From contig JBMFMV010000032.1 of the NCBI GenBank assembly GCA_049970495.1, positions 1 to 19,889 on the forward strand: DNA of 19,889 nt, given 5' to 3'. Positions 1 through 8,282 of this stretch are shown here, piece by piece. Within the stretch, counting starts at the first letter, position 1. Every line of letters begins with the position of its first letter. The translations under genes and the position numbers were made by a program. The DNA comes from a bacterium (GTDB taxonomy: Bacteria; DUMJ01). The notes under the pieces were generated by a model. It made no database searches, was not told where the DNA came from, and saw nothing but the letters and a program-made list of their open reading frames with translations.

Positions 1-14
1 CTCGAAAACTCCCC

Positions 15-41
15 TTGACAAATGTGGGGGAAGGATAAAAT
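15..41 (+). promoter_or_regulatory. Putative sigma70-type promoter (TTGACA ... TAAAAT)
   Basis: Perfect TTGACA at 15-20 and TAAAAT at 36-41. The spacer is only 15 nt, shorter than the usual 16-18. Confidence 0.4.
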
Positions 42-158
42 ATAGGTAAAGTTAGAGAGGATTGGGATGTAGGAGTAGACTATCAGTAGAAGTAAGGAGA
101 GTGATGCCTAGAGAGGAGAAGATATGATAGCCTTAATGATTTAAGAGGCAATTCAGTC

Positions 159-181
159 AAGCTAACCCGAGAGGGTAGCTT
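159..181 (+). other. Stem-loop with GNRA (GAGA) tetraloop in the 5' non-coding region
   Basis: AAGCTA-A-CCC-GAGA-GGG-TAGCTT: 9 bp with one bulged A. Only a short T run follows (180-182). Confidence 0.55.
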
Positions 182-301
182 TAAATAGCAGTTTTAGAGG
201 GGTTTAAACAGTGGGGTAGAATATGAGATTCTTATTTAGAAAATTGAGTATACAAGGGGTTTTAGAGCCTGGAGAAAATCTACTTTTAAAGGCGGAGGTA
301 C

Positions 302-1309
302 ATGACTAGTAGAGAAATTGTGATAAAGAGTTTGGAATTTGAAGGGCCCGAAAGAATACCTATGACTTTACCACCGCCATACCCCAATGATATAGTTGGA
401 GTAGGTTTAGGACCAAATCCTTATGTAAGTGAGGAATGGGTCTATAAAGGAAATAATAGATGGGAAAGGATAGACGAGTGGGGAAACACCTGGGCCAGGC
501 TTGAGGCATATTCGAAAGGAGAAGTAGTAAAGGGAGCTATAGAGGATTGGAGTCAACTTGACTCCTATAGATTTCCTCCGCTGGATCTAGATTCCAGATA
601 TGAACCTGCTAGAAGAATCTTTAAGGAGATACCGGATAAATTCCGTATAGGATTTCTTCCAGGATTCCCATTTAGTATAGCAAGGTATCTAAGAAGAATG
701 GATAATTTTCTGTTGGATGTAGCTGCAGAGAAGGAAAATGTGGCCAAGTTACTTAAGGATATTGCTGACTTACTAGAGATTGTTATAGAGAAATTCGCTA
801 AGGCTGGTGCCGACGCAGTTATGTTTGCAGAAGATTGGGGAACGCAGGATAGACTCCTAGTTTCACCTAAATCTTGGAGAGAGTTATTTAAACCCGGTTT
901 TATCCAACTGTGTAATACTGCTCATAAGCTTGGACTTTATGTTTTTATGCATTCTTGTGGCCATATCTATGAAATAATACCCGATCTAATAGAAGTTGGA
1001 ATAGATGTCTTACAGTTTGATCAACCCGCTTTACATGGTATAGATAACTTGGCTAGAGACTTTGGTGGTAAGGTCAATTTCTGGTGTCCTGTGGATATAC
1101 AGCAGGTACTACCTCAGAAGGATGAAAAACTAATAGAAGATTTTGCCAAAGAGATGATAGAGAAATTAGGATGTTTTGATGGTGGATTTATAGCTGGATA
1201 TTATCAATCTAACGAGGCCTTAGGACTTGACCCCTATTGGCAAGATGTTGCCTGTAAGGCTTTTGTTAAATATTGTTATTTAAATAAAACTAAAAAGAAG
1301 GAGGTCTGA
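302..1309 (+). CDS. Uroporphyrinogen decarboxylase-like / MtaA-CmuA family protein (not HemE)
   Basis: 335 aa. Family motifs DEWG, EDWGTQ, SPxxWRELFKP, HSCG, GIDVLQFDQP, DIQQVL, GGFI. SD GGAGGT at 294-299. It lacks the HemE WxMRQAGR signature. Confidence 0.85.
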   Translation: MTSREIVIKSLEFEGPERIPMTLPPPYPNDIVGVGLGPNPYVSEEWVYKGNNRWERIDEWGNTWARLEAYSKGEVVKGAIEDWSQLDSYRFPPLDLDSRYEPARRIFKEIPDKFRIGFLPGFPFSIARYLRRMDNFLLDVAAEKENVAKLLKDIADLLEIVIEKFAKAGADAVMFAEDWGTQDRLLVSPKSWRELFKPGFIQLCNTAHKLGLYVFMHSCGHIYEIIPDLIEVGIDVLQFDQPALHGIDNLARDFGGKVNFWCPVDIQQVLPQKDEKLIEDFAKEMIEKLGCFDGGFIAGYYQSNEALGLDPYWQDVACKAFVKYCYLNKTKKKEV

Positions 1310-1311
1310 TT

Positions 1312-3285
1312 ATGAGATTATTGAAGGTTGGTTTGATACTGGTATTGGTTTTGAGTCTACTTATAAGTACTTCTGGCTTAGGTTTCTCGCAGGAAAAAGT
1401 TATTCCTGGAGAGTATTATAATCTCTCAGACTATGAGAAGTTAACTGGAAAGAAGATTGCTAAGTTTAATGAAGCTCCAATGTTACAAGAACTAGTAAAG
1501 CAGGGTAAACTTCCACCAGTAGAACAGAGATTACCTAAAAGCCCTCTAGTGGTAACACCTGTAGAAGAGATTGGTCAGTATGGTGGAACTTGGCGTAGGG
1601 CATGGCTTGGTCTTTCTGACCAGTGGGGTCCAAATAAGATCTGTCATGAGCATCTGGTTATGTTTGACAAGGGTGGAACAAAGGTCTTACCTAATATAGC
1701 AGAGAGTTGGAAGGTTTCTAAAGATGCTAAGGTCTATACTTTCAAGATTAGGGAAGGTATCAAATGGTCAGATGGAACACCCTTAACTACTGACGATGTA
1801 ATGTTCTGGTATGAGGATGTAGTAATGAATAAAGAACTTACACCGACTGTTGCTACATGGCTTACTGCTGGAGGTAAACCTTGTAAAATAGTAAAGGTAG
1901 ATACATATACCTTTAGGGTAGAATTTGAGCAACCAAATCCTCTCTTTTTGATAAATATATGCAAATCAGGAGGAAATCAGTTCTTCTTACCAAAACATTA
2001 TGGAAAGCAGTTCCATATAAAATATACACCGAAAGAAGAGTTAGAAAAGAAGGTAAAAGATGCAGGATTTCAATTCTGGTATCAATTATTTGATGCTAAA
2101 GTAAGCAACTCTAATGCTTGGCTACAAAATCCTGAACTTCCAGTTCTACACCCTTGGAAAAATACAACCCTTCCAACAGCTACTACTATGATCTTTGAAA
2201 GAAATCCATACTATTGGAAAATAGATCCAGCGGGAAATCAACTACCGTACATTGATAAGATAGCTCATGCCCTTGTAGAAAATAGAGAAGTGATCACGAT
2301 GAAGGCTGTTGCTGGTGAAATAGATATGCAGACAAGACATATCAGTCTTCCAGATTATACACTCCTTATGGAAAACAGAGCTAAAGGAAATTATAGAGTC
2401 CTTAACTGGAAACAAGGTGTAGGTTCTGATGTTATGATATGTTTAAACCAGAACGTCAAAGATCCGGTTCTGCGTAAGCTATTTGAGGATAGAAGATTCA
2501 GACAGGCATTATCTATAGCTATTAATAGAGAAGAGATATGGAAGCTTGTATATCTAGGCATGGGTAAGCCTAGACAGTGCTCTCTTATCAGTGGTGTTGC
2601 CTTTTATGATCCAGAATGGGAAAAGATGTGGGCAGAGTACGATCCAAAGAAATCTAATGAGATCTTAGATAGAATAGGACTTAACAAGAAAGATAAGGAT
2701 GGCTTTAGACTAAGACCAGATGGGAAGACTCTGGCTTTGACTATAACATTCCCAAGCGGAATATTTGGAGCTTGGTCAGATGTTCTAGAGATGGTAAAGA
2801 AGTACTGGGAAGCAGTAGGGGTAAAGGTTGCTATACAGCCAGTTGAGAGGTCTCTATACGTTACTAGATGTAACGCTGGAGAGCTAGAGATTGGAGTATG
2901 GAATTTTGATAGAAATGCAGCAGTAATATCTGATCCTGGAAGACTTCTAGGGACTGTCACTGATGGACCTTGGGCACCACTTTATGGCCAGTGGTATTCT
3001 ACAGGTGGTAAAGGTGGAGAGGAACCTAAGGGTGATATTAAAAAGATCTATGAATTCTGGGATAAGGCAAAGGCTACAGCAGATGAGAAACAGAGAGATC
3101 GATTCTTTAAGGAGATAATCAATTTACATAAGAGAAATATTTGGATGATAGGTATCGTTGGAGAATTGCCCCAGCCTGTTGTAGTGAAAAATAACTTTAG
3201 AAATGTCCCTGACGGTATTATTTGGGATGATACCCTTAGGTCTCCTAAGAATGCTAGACCTGAGCAGTTCTTCTTTAAACAATAG
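1312..3285 (+). CDS. ABC transporter substrate-binding protein, family 5 (OppA/DppA-like; subgroup often binding oligosaccharides)
   Basis: 657 aa. N-terminal signal peptide; EAPML..GKLPPVEQRLP, GQYGG, PNIAESW, KWSDGTPLT, ERNPYYWK, GNQLPYID, RFRQALSIAINR. SD AAGGAGGT just upstream. Confidence 0.92.
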   Translation: MRLLKVGLILVLVLSLLISTSGLGFSQEKVIPGEYYNLSDYEKLTGKKIAKFNEAPMLQELVKQGKLPPVEQRLPKSPLVVTPVEEIGQYGGTWRRAWLGLSDQWGPNKICHEHLVMFDKGGTKVLPNIAESWKVSKDAKVYTFKIREGIKWSDGTPLTTDDVMFWYEDVVMNKELTPTVATWLTAGGKPCKIVKVDTYTFRVEFEQPNPLFLINICKSGGNQFFLPKHYGKQFHIKYTPKEELEKKVKDAGFQFWYQLFDAKVSNSNAWLQNPELPVLHPWKNTTLPTATTMIFERNPYYWKIDPAGNQLPYIDKIAHALVENREVITMKAVAGEIDMQTRHISLPDYTLLMENRAKGNYRVLNWKQGVGSDVMICLNQNVKDPVLRKLFEDRRFRQALSIAINREEIWKLVYLGMGKPRQCSLISGVAFYDPEWEKMWAEYDPKKSNEILDRIGLNKKDKDGFRLRPDGKTLALTITFPSGIFGAWSDVLEMVKKYWEAVGVKVAIQPVERSLYVTRCNAGELEIGVWNFDRNAAVISDPGRLLGTVTDGPWAPLYGQWYSTGGKGGEEPKGDIKKIYEFWDKAKATADEKQRDRFFKEIINLHKRNIWMIGIVGELPQPVVVKNNFRNVPDGIIWDDTLRSPKNARPEQFFFKQ

Positions 3286-3300
3286 TTATTAAGAGATTTT

Positions 3301-3335
3301 AAAGGGCGGGCAAAGTGGCTCGCCCTTTTTTCTTT
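3301..3335 (+). terminator. Rho-independent terminator
   Basis: AAAGGGCGGGC-aaagtg-GCTCGCCCTTT (11-bp stem with one G-U pair) running into TTTTTTCTTT, 15 nt after the SBP stop codon. Confidence 0.9.
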
Positions 3336-3338
3336 ATA

Positions 3339-3347
3339 TGTTATACT
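3339..3347 (+). promoter_or_regulatory. Extended -10 promoter (TGnTATACT) for PMM-murJ-acyl-CoA synthetase
   Basis: TG-T-TATACT immediately after the terminator, about 50 nt upstream of the likely start at 3397. Confidence 0.55.
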
Positions 3348-3396
3348 ATTTATGTAATTTCTTACCAAACTATAAAGAATGGAGGGATTATTTCCT

Positions 3397-4824
3397 ATGG
3401 TAGATAGGACTATCTTTCGTATGTACGATATACGAGGCGAGGTTGGTAAAGAGATCACACCGGAAGTAATGGAAATTATAGGGAAGGCATATAGTATTTA
3501 TCTAAGGGATAAGATAAAAAAAGAACATTATACTGTATCGGTTGGAAGAGATGTAAGATTACACTCTAAGATTCTTTTTGATGGACTTGTTAGGGGTCTA
3601 AATATTGGGGGAATTAATGTTATAGATATTGGAGTCTGTCCAACACCTGTTTTATATTTCTCCCTTTTTAATCTAGATGTAGATGGTGGACTTATGATTA
3701 CCGCAAGTCATAATCCTCCTGAATTTAATGGGTTAAAGATATGTGTCGGAAAGGAGACCATATTTGGTGATGAAATACAGAGACTTTATGAAATAGTAAG
3801 AGAAGTTGAAAGTGGAAAGGTAAAATTCAACTTTAATATAGGAAATCTAAAATCATTTGATATGTTATCTGTTTATAAGGATTTTCTTGTCAAGGAGTTT
3901 AAAAGAGGCCCCTTAGGTGAAATAAATCCTGGATTAATAAGAATAGGAATTGATAGTGGTAATGGGTGTGCTGGTCTTATAGTTCCTCATATACTTAGAG
4001 AACTAAATATATCATTGGTTGAACTTTACACTGAGCCAAACGGTAGATTCCCTAATCATCATCCAGATCCTACTTTACTAGAGACATTGGAAGACTTAAT
4101 AAAGGAGGTAAAAGAGAATAGACTTGACTTAGGTATTGCTTATGATGGTGATGTAGATAGAATAGGGGTTATAGATGAGAATGGTAATGTTGTATATGGA
4201 GATAAATTGACGTATATTTTTGCTAAAGAGATACTAAAGAATAACCATGGGGCAAAGATAATAAGTGAAGTTAAAGCCTCTAAGACTTTATTTGACGGCA
4301 TAGAAAAACTTGGGGGGGTACCTGTACTTTCTCCAGTGGGACATTCTCTAATTAAGAAGAAATTAAGAGAAGAATCTGCACTTTTAGCTGGCGAAATGAG
4401 TGGCCACATGTTCTTTAATGACAGATACTTCGGATATGATGATGCCATATATGCAACCTTAAGGCTTCTTGAAATAGTAGCTAGAGAAAAACGAAACAAC
4501 TCTAATTTTGTTTTCTCAGACCTTTTAAAGGATCTCCCAGAGATGTATGTATCCCCAGAAATACGGATAGATTGCCCTGAGGAAAGGAAATTTCAAATAG
4601 TAGAAGAATTTCTTCCTAGATTTAAAGCTAGATATCCAGAATTAGCTAAAAGTATAGTTAAGGTTATAACAATCGATGGGCTAAGGATAGAATTTCCAGA
4701 TGGTTGGAGTCTTATAAGGGCAAGTAATACTCAACCGGCTCTTGTATTAAGATTTGAAGCTAAAACTAAAGAGAAGCTAGATTTTTACAGAAAGATCTTC
4801 GAGGAAACAATAAGTTCCTTATGA
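3397..4824 (+). CDS. Phosphomannomutase/phosphoglucomutase (AlgC/ManB type)
   Basis: IFRMYDIRG, catalytic TASHNP, metal loop DGDVDR, GEMSGH, RASNTQP. The ORF track starts at 3379. ATG 3397 is preferred because GGAGG (3381-3385) lies between the two ATGs. Confidence 0.92.
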   Translation: MVDRTIFRMYDIRGEVGKEITPEVMEIIGKAYSIYLRDKIKKEHYTVSVGRDVRLHSKILFDGLVRGLNIGGINVIDIGVCPTPVLYFSLFNLDVDGGLMITASHNPPEFNGLKICVGKETIFGDEIQRLYEIVREVESGKVKFNFNIGNLKSFDMLSVYKDFLVKEFKRGPLGEINPGLIRIGIDSGNGCAGLIVPHILRELNISLVELYTEPNGRFPNHHPDPTLLETLEDLIKEVKENRLDLGIAYDGDVDRIGVIDENGNVVYGDKLTYIFAKEILKNNHGAKIISEVKASKTLFDGIEKLGGVPVLSPVGHSLIKKKLREESALLAGEMSGHMFFNDRYFGYDDAIYATLRLLEIVAREKRNNSNFVFSDLLKDLPEMYVSPEIRIDCPEERKFQIVEEFLPRFKARYPELAKSIVKVITIDGLRIEFPDGWSLIRASNTQPALVLRFEAKTKEKLDFYRKIFEETISSL

Positions 4825-6374
4825 TTAATATACATAAGCAATCCATTTTACAAGCAACAGTTTTACTTACAGTTATAGCATTTCTAAGTAGAATTTTTGG
4901 ATTTTTTAGAGAGGTTATTATAGCTAATGTATTTGGTGCTAAGGCTATAACTGATGCCTATTTAGTTGCTCAAGTACTTCCTTTGACATTGGCTGGGTTG
5001 ATAGGAGGAGCCTTGACTACTGTTTTTATTCCGGTATTTTTAGAAGAAAAAGAGAAAAATGGAGAAGAAAAGGCTTGGTACGCTGCAGATACTGTTCTTA
5101 GCGTATCTTTTGTATATCTTATTGTAGCTACGGTTATTTCTTATCTTCTTACAGAGCCATTCTTAAGATTGATAGCCCCAGGATTTCCAAGTGATAGGCT
5201 AAAATTGGCTACACTAATGACTAGACTATTACTCCCATCCCTCTTATTTCATGGAATATTGGGTATTCTTACAGGACTTTCTCAGTCTTATAAACAATTT
5301 TTAATTCCAAGTATAGGTGGTTTTTTATATAATTTATGTGTAATTTTCTCTATTATAACCTTAGGCAAGGCTTTGCCTCCCTTTAGTCTTGCGCTAGGTA
5401 ATGTCCTTGGAGTTTTTCTGCAAGTTTTTCTTGTCTTTCTCTATCTAAAGAAGAGATTACCATATATAAGATGGCATATAGACTTTTCTCATCCAGCAGT
5501 TAAAAAGACTTTTTATCTTATGATCCCTGTCTTGTTAGGTGCTAGTGTTGGTTATCTGAACACTATAATTGATAGGATATTCGCTTCTGGATTACCTGAA
5601 GGTTCTATCTCTGCATTGAATTTTGGTGCAAGGATAAAGGACCTCCCCGTTTCACTTTTTGCTAACTCCTTATCTATAGCCATATATCCAACTGCTTCTG
5701 AATTAGTGATAGAAGGAAGGAATGACAAGATTATTGATTTACTCAATAAAGCTATAAGATTTATTTGGATTATTGTTATTCCTGCTAGTATTGGTCTTAT
5801 AGTGTTAGATAAAGAAATAATCAGATTCCTTTTTGAAAGAGGGGCTTTTGATAGTAGAGCTACTATTCTTACCGCTGGCGCTCTTAGATTTTATTCTTTA
5901 GGTCTATTTGCTTTTTCTGCTGGACCTGTAGTAGCTAGAGCATTTTATTCTTTTCAAGATACAGCTACTCCTGTAATAGTCAGCTTCTTAGCTATAGGGA
6001 TGAATATACTTCTTAATGCTATTCTTGTAAGAGTAATGGCTCATCTCGGATTAGCCTTAGCGACTTCTATATCTAGTATGTTTTCTTTTATTCTACTATT
6101 GTTCCTGTTAAAGAAGAAGCTAGGATATATAGGTGGGGAAAAGTTAGTTATTAACTTTACAAAGATCTTATTATCTTCTCTTATAATGGGATGTGCCTTA
6201 TTCTTTTTAAAAGGGTATTTGAGTTTTATTAGGATTGAATTCTTTAGAATATCCGTTCTAATCTTGATAGGAATATCAATATATAGTACTATTTTACTGT
6301 TATCTATGAGTGAAGAAAAAGAAAGATTAAAAATTGCCTTAGTTAAACTTATAAAAAGCCTATTTTTTGATTAG
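4821..6374 (+). CDS. murJ: Lipid II flippase MurJ (MviN)
   Basis: 517 aa polytopic membrane protein. SRIFGFFRE, DAY, FIPVF, ID..FAS.L..GSISAL, LFERGAF, RAFYS.QDT.TP. ATGA overlap with the PMM gene. Confidence 0.93.
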   Translation: MINIHKQSILQATVLLTVIAFLSRIFGFFREVIIANVFGAKAITDAYLVAQVLPLTLAGLIGGALTTVFIPVFLEEKEKNGEEKAWYAADTVLSVSFVYLIVATVISYLLTEPFLRLIAPGFPSDRLKLATLMTRLLLPSLLFHGILGILTGLSQSYKQFLIPSIGGFLYNLCVIFSIITLGKALPPFSLALGNVLGVFLQVFLVFLYLKKRLPYIRWHIDFSHPAVKKTFYLMIPVLLGASVGYLNTIIDRIFASGLPEGSISALNFGARIKDLPVSLFANSLSIAIYPTASELVIEGRNDKIIDLLNKAIRFIWIIVIPASIGLIVLDKEIIRFLFERGAFDSRATILTAGALRFYSLGLFAFSAGPVVARAFYSFQDTATPVIVSFLAIGMNILLNAILVRVMAHLGLALATSISSMFSFILLLFLLKKKLGYIGGEKLVINFTKILLSSLIMGCALFFLKGYLSFIRIEFFRISVLILIGISIYSTILLLSMSEEKERLKIALVKLIKSLFFD

Positions 6375-6395
6375 GCTCAAAAGAGGGGTGAATAG

Positions 6396-8117
6396 ATGTT
6401 TTACGATGATATAGATGCTTTAGGAACGTATATAAATGTATGTCTTGATAGGTATAAAGATAATACCTTCCTTTGTGAACTTGACGAAGATGAGCTAGTC
6501 GCCTCAATTACTTACGGACAAGCCAAAGAGAGGATTCAAGGTATAAAGAGTATCCTTAATGAGAATAGGATAAAACCAGGAGATAAGATAGCTCTTCTCG
6601 GAGAAAATTCTATAAATTGGGGATTAGTATACATGGCAGTTGTTACTTATGGAGCTATTATCGTTCCTATTCTGCATGAATTTGACAGCATTAGTATCTC
6701 TAATATCATAAATATGTCTGATGCAAAAATCCTCTTTGTCTCCTCCTCATTACTTGATAAGGTTGAAGAAGGCAGTCTAGGACAGTTAGAGAAGATTTAT
6801 CTGTTAGACGATTTTAGAGAGGTGGAGATAAATAAAGTCAAAGAAGCAAAATCTCAGATAAAAAACAAACTCCTTGAGTTTAGGAATAAGATAGACCAGT
6901 TATTCCTTGAACGTATAAGTAGGATAAAGATTGAATCTAATAAGGAGTATATCCCGAAAGCAGATGACATTGCAGCTATAGTATATACATCTGGCACTAC
7001 TGGAAGGTCTAAGGGTGTTATGCTTACTCATAAAAATATATTCTGGAATATCTTGGCAGCATTAGACTATATAGAGATTAATAGTGAAGACAGATTCCTA
7101 TCTATCTTGCCGTCTTCTCACACTTATGAATGTACTTTCACTTTACTTCTTTCTATGGTTGGAGGTGCAAGTGTTTATTATCTCAAACAAAAACCAAGTC
7201 CTAAGGTACTTCTTAAGGCTTTTGAGAAGGTAAAGCCAACTATGGTTATGATGGTTCCACTAGTAATAGAAAAGATATACAAAAAGAATGTCCTACCTAA
7301 ACTACAAGATAATATAATCTTAAGAGGCGCTACTAAGATTAAGCCACTTAGGAAAGTTCTCTATAAGAAAGCCTGTAAATCTTTACTTGAGGCATTTGGA
7401 GGTAATATAAAACTTATATGTATTGGAGGAGCCCCTCTTAGTCCTGAAGCTGATCTATTCCTCCTAGAAGGAGAATTTCCTAGCGCTGTAGGATATGGTA
7501 TGACCGAATGTGCACCCTTAATTACTTTTGCTATGCCTGACAAGAAGAGATTCCAGAGTTGTGGTTATCCTATAAAAGGTGCACAGATAAAGATAGATAA
7601 GCCTGATCCTATAACAGGTATCGGAGAAGTCTTAGTAAAAGGACCGATGGTCACTAAAGGTTACTACAAAAATGAAGAGGAGACAAAAAAATTATTTACT
7701 GAAGACGGTTGGATGAGAACTGGAGATTTAGGGTATATCGATAAAGATAACTATCTATACCTGAAGGGGAGGTTAAAGAATATTATTTTAGGGCCTAATG
7801 GGGAGAATATATATCCTGAAGAGATAGAGCAAGTTCTAAGCGAAGACAGGGGTATTTCGGAAGCTTTGCTGTTAGAAAGGGAAGGGAAGTTGATAGCGTA
7901 TATATATCCAGATTATGATTTCCTAAATGCAGAGCTAAAACTCCTTGAGATTGAACCTAATCAAGCTCAAGAAAGATTAGAAAAATACTTTGATAATCTT
8001 ATAAAAGAGGTGAATCATAGACTTCCTACTTTTTCTCAGATTAAAGGTTTTAATATAGTTGAAAAAGAGTTCGAGAAGACTCCAACACAAAAGATAAAGA
8101 GGTATATGTATAAATAG
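6396..8117 (+). CDS. Long-chain-fatty-acid--CoA ligase (AMP-binding family)
   Basis: 573 aa. YTSGTTGRSKG, GYGMTE, RTGDLG, GRLKNIILGPNGENIYPEEIE, C-terminal KTPTQKIKR. SD GAGGGG upstream. Confidence 0.9.
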   Translation: MFYDDIDALGTYINVCLDRYKDNTFLCELDEDELVASITYGQAKERIQGIKSILNENRIKPGDKIALLGENSINWGLVYMAVVTYGAIIVPILHEFDSISISNIINMSDAKILFVSSSLLDKVEEGSLGQLEKIYLLDDFREVEINKVKEAKSQIKNKLLEFRNKIDQLFLERISRIKIESNKEYIPKADDIAAIVYTSGTTGRSKGVMLTHKNIFWNILAALDYIEINSEDRFLSILPSSHTYECTFTLLLSMVGGASVYYLKQKPSPKVLLKAFEKVKPTMVMMVPLVIEKIYKKNVLPKLQDNIILRGATKIKPLRKVLYKKACKSLLEAFGGNIKLICIGGAPLSPEADLFLLEGEFPSAVGYGMTECAPLITFAMPDKKRFQSCGYPIKGAQIKIDKPDPITGIGEVLVKGPMVTKGYYKNEEETKKLFTEDGWMRTGDLGYIDKDNYLYLKGRLKNIILGPNGENIYPEEIEQVLSEDRGISEALLLEREGKLIAYIYPDYDFLNAELKLLEIEPNQAQERLEKYFDNLIKEVNHRLPTFSQIKGFNIVEKEFEKTPTQKIKRYMYK

Positions 8118-8218
8118 GCTTTATTCTAGCTCCTGAGAATTAAAAGAGTATATACTTATGAAAAATAGTAGGATTGATAATATTTGTATCGTAGTGTCAA
8201 ATTTTACATCAGGGGAAA

Positions 8219-8238
8219 GTATTACTGAGTAGTAATAC
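8219..8238. promoter_or_regulatory. Perfect 8-4-8 inverted repeat, candidate transcription-factor site
   Basis: GTATTACT-gagt-AGTAATAC, ending 6 nt upstream of the TTGAAA -35 element. Confidence 0.5.
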
Positions 8239-8244
8239 ACTGTC

Positions 8245-8273
8245 TTGAAATTTGTATCTTTTTATGCTAATCT
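8245..8273 (+). promoter_or_regulatory. sigma70-type promoter TTGAAA-N17-TAATCT with extended TG
   Basis: TTGAAA 8245-8250, TG 8265-8266, TAATCT 8268-8273, spacer 17 nt. Confidence 0.6.
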
Positions 8274-8282
8274 CTTTAAGAG

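Noticed and set aside
156..181. GTCAAGCTAACCC plus hairpin, loosely like an IS200/IS605 or omega-RNA 5' end
   Set aside because: The match is poor and no tnpA, tnpB or iscB ORF follows.
191..268. GTTTTAGAG twice (191-199, 259-267), 68 nt apart, resembling the start of a type II-A CRISPR repeat
   Set aside because: Identity stops after 9 nt, there is no third copy, and no cas gene is in the window.
302..1309. hemE call, given hemW in the same window
   Set aside because: The RQAGR motif is missing, HemW is a chaperone normally linked to lepA, and there are no other heme genes.
3379..4824. glmM call, and the start at 3379
   Set aside because: The FRxYDIRG, FPNHHPDP and GEMSGH motifs indicate the AlgC/ManB type rather than GlmM. 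SD position favours ATG 3397.
8118..8146. Terminator after the acyl-CoA synthetase
   Set aside because: Only a weak AT-rich stem with no U-tract.
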